Shown in pieces: positions 16,203 to 25,372 of a DNA stretch of 32,000 nt (positions are counted from its first letter, which is position 1; each line of letters opens with the position of its first letter). Position numbers and translations under genes: made by a program. Source of the DNA: Synechococcus sp. A15-24 (lineage in GTDB: Bacteria > Cyanobacteriota > Cyanobacteriia > PCC-6307 > Cyanobiaceae). The stretch spans positions 1,380,001 through 1,412,000 of the forward strand of contig NZ_CP047960.1 in assembly GCF_014280195.1 (NCBI RefSeq), written 5' to 3'. The notes beneath the pieces were generated by a model, which worked only from the letters and a program-made list of their open reading frames with translations, was not told where the DNA came from and made no database searches.

Positions 16203-16853
16203 TCAACGACCCCGCAGCATCCGCAACGCTGCCATCGCTGCTCCATAACCGTTGTCGATGTTGACCACGGTCAACCCCGGTGCACAGCTGGCAAGCATGC
16301 CCTCGAGAGCTGTCCTGCCTCCCTGGCTGATGCCATAGCCAACAGAAACCGGAACACCGATGATCGGCTGAGGCACCAACCCAGCCAGCACGGTCGGCAG
16401 AGCCCCTTCCATGCCGGCGCAGGCGATCAACACAACAGCAGACTCCAGTCGTGGGAGCTGGTCCAGCAGCCGATGCAGGCCCGCCACCCCCACATCCATC
16501 AGCGGATCCACGGCAATGCCATGGCAGCTCAGAGCAAGAATTGCTTCTGCCACGACGCTGCGATCACTGCTGCCACCACTGAGCACCGCCACGGGCGGCG
16601 GTCCGGGTGGCGGGGCAGGCAGTTCCCCAAGGGTCAGACAGCGGGCATCAGCATGAGCCTTCACAGCAGGAAGAGCTGCCAGCACCGCATCGGCCTTCTC
16701 TGATGACACCCGGGTCACCAAACCCAACTCATCGGCCGCTGAAAACCGCTCCAGGATTGTGATGATCTGCTCGGCGGTCTTGTGCTCACCCCAGACCGCC
16801 TCGACCATGCCAAGCCGCTCCCGTCGCTTCAGGTCCAGGCGAGCGTCGATCAT
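16203..16853 (-). CDS. larB: LarB-type (PurE-like) nickel-pincer cofactor biosynthesis carboxylase/hydrolase
   Basis: 216 aa with the pattern DLKRRERLGMVEAVWGEHKT...VAVLSGGSSDRSV...ACAGMEGALPTVLAGL...VIGVP. Its ATG overlaps the upstream TGA in an ATGA arrangement at 16850-16853. Confidence 0.8.
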   Translation of the reverse strand: MIDARLDLKRRERLGMVEAVWGEHKTAEQIITILERFSAADELGLVTRVSSEKADAVLAALPAVKAHADARCLTLGELPAPPPGPPPVAVLSGGSSDRSVVAEAILALSCHGIAVDPLMDVGVAGLHRLLDQLPRLESAVVLIACAGMEGALPTVLAGLVPQPIIGVPVSVGYGISQGGRTALEGMLASCAPGLTVVNIDNGYGAAMAALRMLRGR

Positions 16854-17254
16854 CGAGAAGGCAGCTCCTGAACCCGAAGTTCGCCTTCCGCCAGCAAGGG
16901 GAACAACGTCCCTGCGGCCGGATCCCGCTTCAAGGCCTGATTCACCTGGGCCTCAAAGACCTCCTGCACCCGCTCCACCTCGGCAGCAGGAATGGCTTTC
17001 CATTGCTCACGGCTGCTCCAACGGATTAGCAGCAGGCCCTCCTCTCGCTGTGGATCCCAGAACAGCTGGCGTCCTTCGAATCCAGATTGCTGCTCCAGCC
17101 AGGGCTGCCAGCTGCTGGCCTCGGCCTGCAACCAGAGCTCGCGATGGGAGGCCGGCACAGCCAGTCGCAACTGTTCAATCACCCCCTGCTCCGCCATGGC
17201 TGGTGCTGCAACCCCCAGCAGCATGGCCAGAAGCAATGCGATAGCGCGAGTCAC
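16850..17254 (-). CDS. Hypothetical secreted protein (134 aa, signal peptide)
   Basis: The GTG at 17252-17254 overlaps the TGA of the trmD/ispF ORF (GTGA). The N-terminus [23 protein letters not shown] looks like a signal peptide. The rest may be a small alpha+beta (ABM-like) domain, which is only a guess. The longer track ORF (to 17524) would lie inside ispF. Confidence 0.55.
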   Translation of the reverse strand: MTRAIALLLAMLLGVAAPAMAEQGVIEQLRLAVPASHRELWLQAEASSWQPWLEQQSGFEGRQLFWDPQREEGLLLIRWSSREQWKAIPAAEVERVQEVFEAQVNQALKRDPAAGTLFPLLAEGELRVQELPSR

Positions 17255-18450
17255 GGCTGGCCCAGCAGGACAACGGCCTGACAGCTGATGCCTTCCTCCC
17301 GCCCCTCCGGTCCCAGCCGTTCGTTGGTGGTGGCCTTCACACCAACGGCATCGGCAGCGATCCCGATACGGGTTGCGATATTGCCGCGCATCGCCTCGAT
17401 GTGGGGTTTCAGCTTGGGCCGCTCGGCGATCACCACCGCATCGACGTTCACCACCTGCCAACCCCGTTGCGTCACCAAGGCCACCAACTGCTCCAGCAGC
17501 TGGAGGCTGTCGGCCCCCTTCCATTGCGGATCCGTCGGCGGGAAGTACTTGCCGATGTCTCCGAGCGACAGCGCACCAAGCAGGGCATCCATCACCGCAT
17601 GCACCAGCACATCTGCATCGCTGTGGCCATCAAGGCCAAGCCCATCGGGATGCTCCAGGGTGACCCCACCGAGGATCAGCGCGCGGCCCTGCACCAACCG
17701 GTGGATGTCGTACCCGTTGCCGATCCGCATCTGCATGGCCGCTCCAGCGTCATCACGCGCCATTCTCCAGCGCGCATAGAGATCGGGGCGACGATCCCGC
17801 GTGCGTTGCTCCCGCTGCTGCTGGCGCCAGGTCTCGATGGCGGCGTGGTTTCCGCTCCGCAACACCGCCGGCACAGCCATGCCCTGGAACTCCGCCGGTC
17901 GGGTGTAGTGGGGATGTTCCAGCAACAGCGCGCTGTGACTTTCCTCCACCAGTGACTGGGCTGTGCCGACCGTTCCCGGCAACAGCCGCACCACCCCATT
18001 GATCACGGTCATCGCCGGCAGCTCGCCACCGGTGAGCACGAAATCACCGGCGGACACCTCCTCATCGACAAGGCTGCGGATGCGTTCATCAAAGCCCTCG
18101 TAATGGCCGCAAAGCAGCACCAGCTGATCGTGGTCATGGGCCCAACGCTGCAGATCGGCCTGATGCAGAGGACGCCCCTGGGGAGACATCAGCAGCACCC
18201 GAGCACTGCTGCGCCGGGGAATCGACTCCACCGCTGCGAACACCGGTTCCGGCTTCAGCACCATGCCGGCGCCGCCCCCATAGGGCTCATCGTCCACCTT
18301 GCGGTAGCGGTCGGTGGCGAAATCGCGGGGGTTGTGGAGATGCAACTCGGCAATGTCGCTCCCGAAAGCACGACCGATCACCCCCAGCTCGAGCAAGGGC
18401 GCAAAGGCCTGCGGCGCCAGACTCACCACATCGAGGCGATAGGGCGCCAT
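17251..18450 (-). CDS. trmD/ispF: Single ORF encoding tRNA (guanine37-N1)-methyltransferase fused in frame to 2-C-methyl-D-erythritol 2,4-cyclodiphosphate synthase
   Basis: Residues 1-238 are TrmD-like ([35 protein letters not shown]). Residues 239-399 are IspF-like ([14 protein letters not shown]..., [12 protein letters not shown]). There is no stop codon between them. Internal ATGs at 17734-17736 and 17728-17730 could also start a separate IspF. Confidence 0.85.
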   Translation of the reverse strand: MAPYRLDVVSLAPQAFAPLLELGVIGRAFGSDIAELHLHNPRDFATDRYRKVDDEPYGGGAGMVLKPEPVFAAVESIPRRSSARVLLMSPQGRPLHQADLQRWAHDHDQLVLLCGHYEGFDERIRSLVDEEVSAGDFVLTGGELPAMTVINGVVRLLPGTVGTAQSLVEESHSALLLEHPHYTRPAEFQGMAVPAVLRSGNHAAIETWRQQQREQRTRDRRPDLYARWRMARDDAGAAMQMRIGNGYDIHRLVQGRALILGGVTLEHPDGLGLDGHSDADVLVHAVMDALLGALSLGDIGKYFPPTDPQWKGADSLQLLEQLVALVTQRGWQVVNVDAVVIAERPKLKPHIEAMRGNIATRIGIAADAVGVKATTNERLGPEGREEGISCQAVVLLGQP

Positions 18451-18456
18451 CAGGGT

Positions 18457-18921
18457 TCAGGCGGCAGCTTTGGACACCCGGCGGATGTCCGTACAGAAAC
18501 TCCCCTGCCGCGGCGTTCCGTCCTGATCGGTGGCCGTGGTGCTGCGCAGTCGCAGATTGGCGCGGGTGAACCAGATCCGCTCCTGAACCGTCATCCCATC
18601 TGGGCGCGACAGGTTCAATTCCATGCTGCCGTCAGGCCAGAAGCGCCACTGCCCCGCGGCTGTTCCATCGATGGCCAAGGCACCATCCCGAAAAAACCGC
18701 AGGGTGGTGGTGGCGCCTCCAGGGGCGGTCACCACCAGCTCCCCTTCCGCTTCATCCACTGCTTCGCCGAATCGCACCACCAGCTCTCCGCGTTCGCTGC
18801 TGTGCCAGTCATCGTCGCCGCCGCTTGAGAGCTCAAAGCTGCTGCGCAGGCTCATCCACTCGCCGGCACAGAGCCCGAGAAACGCTGCGGCATCTGCCGG
18901 AGGGAAGGGTTGGTCGCTCAT
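18457..18921 (-). CDS. CpcS/CpeS-family (phycobilin-lyase-like lipocalin) protein, short form (154 aa)
   Basis: By-eye matches to CpcS signatures: FLGLCAGEWMSLRSSFEL (compare FxLSAGKWxSxRTxHxL), QERIWFTRANLRLRST and GSFCTDIRR. It ends 6 nt before the trmD start. Confidence 0.7.
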   Translation of the reverse strand: MSDQPFPPADAAAFLGLCAGEWMSLRSSFELSSGGDDDWHSSERGELVVRFGEAVDEAEGELVVTAPGGATTTLRFFRDGALAIDGTAAGQWRFWPDGSMELNLSRPDGMTVQERIWFTRANLRLRSTTATDQDGTPRQGSFCTDIRRVSKAAA

Positions 18922-18943
18922 CAGTCCATCTTCTCAGTCAGCT

Positions 18944-19846
18944 TCACCAGGTGAAGGGCAAAAACGGGTAAGGACGGTTCCAGCCGTAGAGGGCCAGGCG
19001 CTCACGTCCTGGTTGAGCGGCCCCACGCCGATGGAAGGCAAACACATCCGCCAGCACCAGGGTGTTGGCCTGGCAGGGCAAAGCCACCGGCGCCGGCAGC
19101 CCAAGGGCCTCAAGATCCTTCTCCTGGATTCGAAACGAGCCGGAGACATCCGGCTGCTGCTGTTGGCGGATCGCCGCATTGGCGGTGTCCTGCTCCCAGC
19201 GCAGCCGCTCTGGGGTGAGCCGATGGCTGCCGGGCACCACTTCAAAAGGACCATCCTCTGCCGCAACAGGCCTCAGAAACAGCCAGAACTTCAGCGCCCG
19301 AAAAAATGTGTCGCGGTGCAGGTCCTTCTGCAGATCGGGCGTGCGGCTCTCTTCACCGTGAACCGTGAGGTAAACGTCCAATTTGTGCAAATCCATCGGT
19401 ACACCGATCGCCTGGCGGGACCAACGGCTGAGGCGGGGATCGCGGCTCACCACCGCCGCGTGGGGCAACGTCACGGGATCGATGTGCAGGAATCGGTTGA
19501 GAGTGCCGCCGTCGTAGCGATCGAACCCCCCGGGGAACGGCTGTTTGGGCTGGAATCCTGTTCGCTCGTTGGCGGGCATCGGATGCTGCGCCTGAGAAGC
19601 AGCCAGGTGAGCCTCCACCTCATCCCGCACGGCCCTGAATGTCGGCTCCGGCAAGACGTCCTGCACCAACAGAAAACCATCCCGCTCCAGCTGGCGCTCC
19701 TGGACCGGTCTCAACCAGCGACGCCAGCGGCAGAGCGCTTCCGCCAGCTGCACGCGATGGCGATGCAACTGCCAACGCCGGTTCAGCATCGGATGCCCCA
19801 CCCAGGGGTCACGGAAGCTCTTGGTGCGGCTGAGCAGCGACAGCAT
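18944..19846 (-). CDS. PhyH-like Fe(II)/2-oxoglutarate dioxygenase
   Basis: 300 aa with an HxD triad element (LHRDTFF), a distal His (FAFHRRG) and GPFEVVPGSHRL. Its ATG shares one base with the era TGA (TGATG at 19844-19848). Confidence 0.65.
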   Translation of the reverse strand: MLSLLSRTKSFRDPWVGHPMLNRRWQLHRHRVQLAEALCRWRRWLRPVQERQLERDGFLLVQDVLPEPTFRAVRDEVEAHLAASQAQHPMPANERTGFQPKQPFPGGFDRYDGGTLNRFLHIDPVTLPHAAVVSRDPRLSRWSRQAIGVPMDLHKLDVYLTVHGEESRTPDLQKDLHRDTFFRALKFWLFLRPVAAEDGPFEVVPGSHRLTPERLRWEQDTANAAIRQQQQPDVSGSFRIQEKDLEALGLPAPVALPCQANTLVLADVFAFHRRGAAQPGRERLALYGWNRPYPFLPFTW

Positions 19847-20781
19847 CAGGAGTCCACCCCATAGCCCAGCTCGGCAAGCCGAGCCGGTTTGCTGCGCCAG
19901 TCGGGAACCACCTTCACGAACAGCTCCAGATACACCGGCCCGTCGATCAGGGTCTGCATCTGCAGCCGGGCGCCCTGGCCGATGGTCTTGAGCATCGCCC
20001 CGCCTTTGCCGATCAGGATTCCCTTCTGGCTTTTGCGCTCCACCATCACCGTGGCCAGCACAGCCGTACGCCCGCCACCCTTGCCGCCAGCAGGCAGTTC
20101 CTCCACGCGATCGATGGTCACCGCAACGCTGTGGGGAATCTCCTCGCGGGTGTGCAGCAGCACCTGCTCTCGGATCAGCTCTCCCATCAACACCCGCTCC
20201 GGTTGGTCAGAGACCATGTCCGGGGGATACAACTGCGGGCCCAGAGGCAACTGGTCCGCCATCGCCGAGCTCAGTGCGCTGCAGCCCTCTCCGGACAAGG
20301 CACTGCAGCGGTGAATCGGCCAAGCCGTCTCCTGGAGCAGCTCGCCGTAGGCCGCCTCTGCCTCCGCATGACGATCCTCCGGCAGCTTGTCCCATTTATT
20401 CAGGGCCACCAAGACCGGCAGCGGCTGCTGCCGCAGCAGATTGACGATGAAGGCATCCCCACGCCCCGGCCGCTCACAGCCCTCCAGCAACAGCACCACC
20501 AGATCCACTTCGCCGATGGCACTGCGGGCGCTTTGCACCAACCGTTCCCCCAGCAAGTGGTGGGGTTTGTGAATGCCTGGGGTGTCCACAAGGACCATCT
20601 GGGCGTCCTCGGTGGTGAGGATGGCCCGCAGACGGTTACGGGTGGTCTGGGCCACAGGCGAGGTGATCGCCACCTTCTCCCCTACCAGCTGGTTCACCAG
20701 GGTGGATTTGCCCACGTTGGGCCTGCCGATCAGTGCGATGAAGCCGGAGCGGTGGTTCTTCGACGACGAAGTGGAATGCAT
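19846..20781 (-). CDS. era: GTPase Era
   Basis: Has the G1 motif GRPNVGKSTL, G3 DTPG, G4 NKWD and a C-terminal KH domain. I chose the ATG at 20779-20781. A GTG at 20800-20802 is also possible. Confidence 0.9.
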   Translation of the reverse strand: MHSTSSSKNHRSGFIALIGRPNVGKSTLVNQLVGEKVAITSPVAQTTRNRLRAILTTEDAQMVLVDTPGIHKPHHLLGERLVQSARSAIGEVDLVVLLLEGCERPGRGDAFIVNLLRQQPLPVLVALNKWDKLPEDRHAEAEAAYGELLQETAWPIHRCSALSGEGCSALSSAMADQLPLGPQLYPPDMVSDQPERVLMGELIREQVLLHTREEIPHSVAVTIDRVEELPAGGKGGGRTAVLATVMVERKSQKGILIGKGGAMLKTIGQGARLQMQTLIDGPVYLELFVKVVPDWRSKPARLAELGYGVDS

Positions 20782-20861
20782 GACGCAAGTCTGCGCCGTC
20801 ACTGTCCCCGTTTCGTTGTGCAGTTCCGGCCATAGCCTGGCCCGCAGGGCAGATCACAGCC

Positions 20862-21383
20862 ATGGCGGAGCAGCAACCCACCTTCCAGCAGGCGATGGAG
20901 ATCACCGCTGCCTGGCTGCAGCAGTGGGAGAACGAGGAGATCAGCGATGAGGTGCTGGCGGACCGAATCGGAGAAATGGTGTCCAGCCGCGACGGCGCTC
21001 GGGGGTTCTTTGTGGTCAGCCTGGCTGGCGACAGCGCGCTGATGGATCGACTGCCGGATGCTGTGGTGGGGCAGTTGCGTGCCGCAGGCTCCGGAGTTGT
21101 TGAACTGAGCGTGCGCAACCTGGCCATGAGCACAGCGATGGCGGTTGCTCACGGCCGATCCGGTGACAGCGCTCAGCAGGCGGGATCGCAACGGGTGAGC
21201 AGCCGCTGCTCGGAATTGCTGCGTCAACTGGAGCCGGCCCTCGTCAAGGAGCGGCTGGAGCAACTGCTGGAGGCAACGGTCAACAACACAGGTGCTGATG
21301 TCGCCTTTCTGGAGAAGTGGGGCTATGACGCCGAGCAGCGTGTTGCGATCAGCAAGAGCGTCTACGCCGTCGCCGACGACTGA
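20862..21383 (+). CDS. Hypothetical protein (173 aa)
   Basis: Clean ATG-initiated ORF with core-like composition, divergent from era. No family recognised. Confidence 0.55.
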   Translation: MAEQQPTFQQAMEITAAWLQQWENEEISDEVLADRIGEMVSSRDGARGFFVVSLAGDSALMDRLPDAVVGQLRAAGSGVVELSVRNLAMSTAMAVAHGRSGDSAQQAGSQRVSSRCSELLRQLEPALVKERLEQLLEATVNNTGADVAFLEKWGYDAEQRVAISKSVYAVADD

Positions 21384-21398
21384 GGGCTGAGACCAACC

Positions 21399-21425
21399 AA
21401 AAAAAAGCCCCGGATCATCCGGGGG
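21399..21425 (-). terminator. Rho-independent terminator for the BI-1-family gene (possibly bidirectional)
   Basis: A run of eight A (21399-21406) is followed by the hairpin GCCCCGGA-tca-TCCGGGGG (21407-21425). On the minus strand this reads as a hairpin followed by eight T, 53 nt downstream of the 21478 stop. Confidence 0.7.
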
Positions 21426-21477
21426 TTAAGGAAGAGAATCAACTTCGAAAGGAGCTATCCGATCGCAATCAAGCGTT

Positions 21478-22209
21478 TCAGTCGCGGCGGCCTCCGCCGT
21501 TGAGCACGATGATCAATCGCAGGATGAAGATAAACAGGTTGATGTAGGTGAGATACATGCTGAGGGCACCCGCCAGGTACTGCTCATCCCGATAAGCACG
21601 AGGCATTGTGTAGAAGTCGACGAAGGCTGCGCCAACGAACAGCACCGTGCCGAACCCGGCAATCATCAGCTCGAAGCTGGTGCCATGGAACATCGCCGGA
21701 GCGAAGATTCCACCGATGAATTGAACCACCATCGCCAGGATCAGGCCGATCAACCCCAGGCCGACAACACCGGACAACGCCTGACCAACGCTGTCGCTCA
21801 TGCGGCGCCCCACAATCGAGGCGATCACAAAGGTGATGCCCGTGGCCAGGGCAGCGGTGCCGACGGCTCCGACTCCGGCAACCGCACCCGCGAGAGCCAC
21901 CAGACCACTGAGGGTGAAACCGGTGATCAGGCTGTAAACGGCCAGTAGTGGCAACGCCGTGGCGTTATTGCCCTTCATCGCGACGTTCTGCGCCACGAAG
22001 AACAGAATCAAGTTGCCGATAACTGCCACCCAGAACATGGGCATGAACATCGGCGTTGCCATCATCGACAAACCGCCGATCACCCCGACGGAGGTGAGGA
22101 CCATGCCGCCACCGACGTAGGGCAGGGCTTTGTTGACCACATTGGGTCCAACCAGGGCGCTGGACTGCGCGTCGCGGATGGCCTGTTGGAAATTGCTGCT
22201 TGCTGGCAT
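21478..22209 (-). CDS. BAX-inhibitor-1 / YccA-family membrane protein
   Basis: 243 aa from the ATG at 22207-22209. It has about seven hydrophobic segments and a C-terminal basic tail (NGGGRRD). The longer track ORF (to 22365) overlaps phoH. Confidence 0.75.
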   Translation of the reverse strand: MPASSNFQQAIRDAQSSALVGPNVVNKALPYVGGGMVLTSVGVIGGLSMMATPMFMPMFWVAVIGNLILFFVAQNVAMKGNNATALPLLAVYSLITGFTLSGLVALAGAVAGVGAVGTAALATGITFVIASIVGRRMSDSVGQALSGVVGLGLIGLILAMVVQFIGGIFAPAMFHGTSFELMIAGFGTVLFVGAAFVDFYTMPRAYRDEQYLAGALSMYLTYINLFIFILRLIIVLNGGGRRD

Positions 22210-22276
22210 GTCGACCAGACCACAATCACTCCAATTATCCTGCCAGCGTTGACAAGGGTCTGGGGTTCGGATCTCC

Positions 22277-23272
22277 CTATCGACGCACAGGCCTTGACGA
22301 CCGCTGGTCGTCAAGGCGGGCATAGGCCTCCACCACCCGCTGCACCAGCGGATGTCGCACCACATCAGCTGACGTCAACCGACACACGGCAACACCCTCA
22401 ACGCCATCCAGCACATCGGAAGCTTCCACCAGACCACTCGGAACACCCTGGGGAAGATCAACCTGGGTGATGTCACCGGTGACCACCATCCGAGAGCGCT
22501 CGCCCAGGCGGGTCAGCACCATGCGCATCTGAGCCGGTGTGGTGTTCTGCGCCTCATCCAGGATCACAAACGCGTCACTGAGGGTGCGTCCCCGCATGTA
22601 GGCCAGTGGAGCCACCTCAATCACACCTTTCTCCAGCAACACCGTTGTTTTGTCTGGCCCCAGCAGGGCATGCAGGGCGTCATACAGCGGCCGTAGGTAG
22701 GGATCCACCTTCTGCTGCAGATCTCCAGGAAGAAACCCCAGTCGCTCTCCCGCCTCAACAGCGGGTCGGGTCAGGACCAATCGTTCCACCTTGCGCTCCG
22801 TCAGCATTCGCACCGCCAGAACCGTGGCTAGAAAGGTCTTGCCCGTTCCCGCGGGTCCAAGCGCGAAGGTGAGATCGTGTCGCTCCATGGCATCGACGTA
22901 ATGCTTCTGCCGCAGCGTCCGCGGTCTGAGCATCGAACCGGTCTGGCTGCGTGCCAGCACCTGTTCTCCCATCGCAGCATGGTCGTCGCCCTGACCGCTG
23001 CTGAGGGCACCAAGAGCAGCCTGAAGATCAACGCTGGAGACGGCTTGCCCGTCCTGCCAGATCGGCCTCACCAGTTCCACCACCGCAGCGGCCCGCTCGA
23101 TCTGCGTCGGCCGCCCGGTGATCATCAACTGAAGCCCCCGCAACACCAAGGACGCTCCTGTCAGAGCCTCGAGGCGATGCAGGGTGGTTTCTGCAGCTCC
23201 AGCCAGGGCCAAAGCTGCCTCAAGATCGGGAAGATCAAAAATGAAGCGGTTGCGAGCGCCGTCCTCAGGCAC
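22277..23272 (-). CDS. phoH: PhoH-like ATPase
   Basis: Walker A GPAGTGKTFLA, Walker B VILDEAQN and the GDITQVDLP motif. The GTG start at 23270-23272 is 8 nt after the rpsP stop. Confidence 0.9.
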   Translation of the reverse strand: MPEDGARNRFIFDLPDLEAALALAGAAETTLHRLEALTGASLVLRGLQLMITGRPTQIERAAAVVELVRPIWQDGQAVSSVDLQAALGALSSGQGDDHAAMGEQVLARSQTGSMLRPRTLRQKHYVDAMERHDLTFALGPAGTGKTFLATVLAVRMLTERKVERLVLTRPAVEAGERLGFLPGDLQQKVDPYLRPLYDALHALLGPDKTTVLLEKGVIEVAPLAYMRGRTLSDAFVILDEAQNTTPAQMRMVLTRLGERSRMVVTGDITQVDLPQGVPSGLVEASDVLDGVEGVAVCRLTSADVVRHPLVQRVVEAYARLDDQRSSRPVRR

Positions 23273-23280
23273 CGGGGAGA

Positions 23281-23703
23281 TCAGCCTTCGCTGGATTCGG
23301 TCTCACCGTCAGGGGCGTCTTCAGCCTTGGCAGCCTCAGCAGCGGCTGCGGCTTCCGCTTCAGCGGCTGCCTTGGCTTCAGCAGCTTCCTTGGCGGCCTG
23401 CTTGGCCTCTTCCTCGCGCTTGGCAGCCTGCTTGGCTTTACCAACGGTCTCCGCAGGGCGGATCGTCTTTTCAATCAAGCCACCGCGCTCGAGCAGCGTG
23501 CGTACCACATCGGTGGGCTGGGCACCTTGGCCCAGACGCTCACGAATCGCCTCGGTGTCGAGCCGGGTCTCCTTAGTACGAGGGTTGTAGAAGCCAAGCT
23601 CCTGGAGCGGACGCCCATCCCGGCGGGAGGTGCTGTTGGAGGCCACGAGGCGGAAGCTCGCTTCCCGCTTCTTACCGAACCGCTTCAGGCGGAGCTTGAT
23701 CAT
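23281..23703 (-). CDS. rpsP: 30S ribosomal protein S16 with Ala/Glu/Lys-rich C-terminal extension
   Basis: [21 protein letters not shown]... starts at the ATG at 23701-23703. The S16 core of about 80 aa is followed by a low-complexity tail of about 60 aa. Confidence 0.9.
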   Translation of the reverse strand: MIKLRLKRFGKKREASFRLVASNSTSRRDGRPLQELGFYNPRTKETRLDTEAIRERLGQGAQPTDVVRTLLERGGLIEKTIRPAETVGKAKQAAKREEEAKQAAKEAAEAKAAAEAEAAAAAEAAKAEDAPDGETESSEG

Positions 23704-23781
23704 CGTGGCCTTGGTGTGAAGGTTGGAAGGTGATTCAGGCAGTGCCGCAGCAGCCGCCAAACAACCACCATACCTTCCGGC

Positions 23782-25314
23782 CTAAAGATCTCCGAAACCG
23801 CGACGCTTTTTAGCTGGCTTCTGGCGCTTTGGAGGACCACCGCGACCGGGCCGCCCGCCACCACCCGGCATAGCGCCCATGCCAGGCATGCCACCCATGC
23901 CAGGCATACCGCCCATTCCCGGCATGCCGCCCATGCCAGGCATACCGCCCATTCCCGGCATGCCGCCCATGCCAGGCATGCCGCCCATGCCAGGCATGCC
24001 GCCCATGCCAGGCATGCCACCACGACTCATCTGCTGCATGAAGCCACGCATCTTCTGAAAGTCCGCCAGCACCTTGTCGACATCCGCCGGTTGATGACCA
24101 CTGCCAGCAGCGATGCGGCGACGACGGGACGGCTGACCTGCCAGCAGATCGGGGTTTTCCCGTTCCTTCGGCGTCATGGAACCGATCATCGCTTCGATCC
24201 GTTTCAACTGCTGCTCCCCCTGCTTGAGCATCCCGTCGTCGAGCTTGTTCATGCCTGGGATCATCTTCATCAAGCCCCCGAGCGACCCCATCCGCTTGAT
24301 CAGACGCATCTGCTGCACGAAGTCCGAGAAATCGAACGTCGCCTCCTGCAGCTTCTTCTGCATCTTCTCGACATCTGCGAGCTCAACCTCCTTCTGCGCC
24401 TTCTCCACCAGCGTCAGCACATCGCCCATGCCTAGGATGCGATTGGCCATCCGTTCGGGGTGGAAGGGCTGGAGCGCCTCCACCTTCTCGCCGGTGCCGA
24501 TGAACTTGATCGGCTGACCGCTCACCTTGCGGATTGAGAGGGCGGCACCGCCGCGGGAATCACCATCCAGCTTGGTCAGCACTGCACCGGTGATGCCCAC
24601 CTGGTCGTGGAAGGCACGGGTGAGCTCAGCAGCCTCCTGGCCGATCATCGAATCCACCACCAGCAGCACCTCATCGGGCTGCACGGCGGTGCGGATCCGC
24701 ACCATCTCCTCCATCATCTCGGTGTCGATCTGAAGGCGACCGGCGGTGTCCACCAGCAAGGTGTCGAAGCCCTCCTCCTTCGCCTTGGCCAGACCAGCCG
24801 CGGCAATGTCTTCTGGCTTGGCCTCAGCACCGAGGCTGAACACCTCCACATCGATCTGAGCACCGAGCGTTTTCAACTGCTCGATGGCGGCTGGCCGGTA
24901 GACGTCGGCACCCACCATCAGGGCACGACGCCCCTGATCCTTGAGGTGCAGGCCGAGCTTGGCCGTGGCCGTGGTTTTACCTGCACCCTGCAGACCTGCC
25001 ATCAACACCACCGTTGGCGCCTCAGCCGCGTTGGCCAGAGGGGCGTTATCGCCCCCCATAACCTCCACCAGCTGCTCGTGCACCACTTGGATGAACTTCT
25101 GATCCGGACTGACACCGCGCACCACCTCGGCACCGACGGCCTTCTCGCGCACATCGGCAACGAAGTCCTTCACCACTGGAAGGCTCACGTCGGCCTCCAG
25201 CAGGGCACGACGCACATCTTTCAGCGCGCCTTCAACGTTGGTGTCGCTGATCTTGTCCTGGCCTTTCAGCCCTTTGACCGCATCCTCAAACCGGGCTGAC
25301 AGCTCGTCGAACAT
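23782..25314 (-). CDS. ffh: Signal recognition particle protein Ffh (SRP54)
   Basis: Starts [18 protein letters not shown] and contains the GTPase motifs [14 protein letters not shown] and TKLDG. An M domain follows, then eight GGMPGM repeats and a basic tail. Confidence 0.95.
   Translation of the reverse strand: MFDELSARFEDAVKGLKGQDKISDTNVEGALKDVRRALLEADVSLPVVKDFVADVREKAVGAEVVRGVSPDQKFIQVVHEQLVEVMGGDNAPLANAAEAPTVVLMAGLQGAGKTTATAKLGLHLKDQGRRALMVGADVYRPAAIEQLKTLGAQIDVEVFSLGAEAKPEDIAAAGLAKAKEEGFDTLLVDTAGRLQIDTEMMEEMVRIRTAVQPDEVLLVVDSMIGQEAAELTRAFHDQVGITGAVLTKLDGDSRGGAALSIRKVSGQPIKFIGTGEKVEALQPFHPERMANRILGMGDVLTLVEKAQKEVELADVEKMQKKLQEATFDFSDFVQQMRLIKRMGSLGGLMKMIPGMNKLDDGMLKQGEQQLKRIEAMIGSMTPKERENPDLLAGQPSRRRRIAAGSGHQPADVDKVLADFQKMRGFMQQMSRGGMPGMGGMPGMGGMPGMGGMPGMGGMPGMGGMPGMGGMPGMGGMPGMGAMPGGGGRPGRGGPPKRQKPAKKRRGFGDL
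23878..24021 (-). repeat. Tandem 18-bp coding repeat (eight GGMPGM units) in the ffh 3' region
   Basis: I counted 16 Met codons in 144 nt. The 36-bp block ccaggcataccgcccattcccggcatgccgcccatg occurs twice in tandem, so two adjacent 36-bp double units are identical. Confidence 0.9.
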
Positions 25315-25372
25315 TGGGGCGGCTCGATTGATTCAGTATCCCGATCGTAAAAAGCGACGCTGCGAGGAAGAA

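Noticed and set aside
23700-24023. ORF encoding [16 protein letters not shown]... repeats
   Set aside because: It is an out-of-frame reading of the ffh GGMPGM tandem repeat, not an independent gene.
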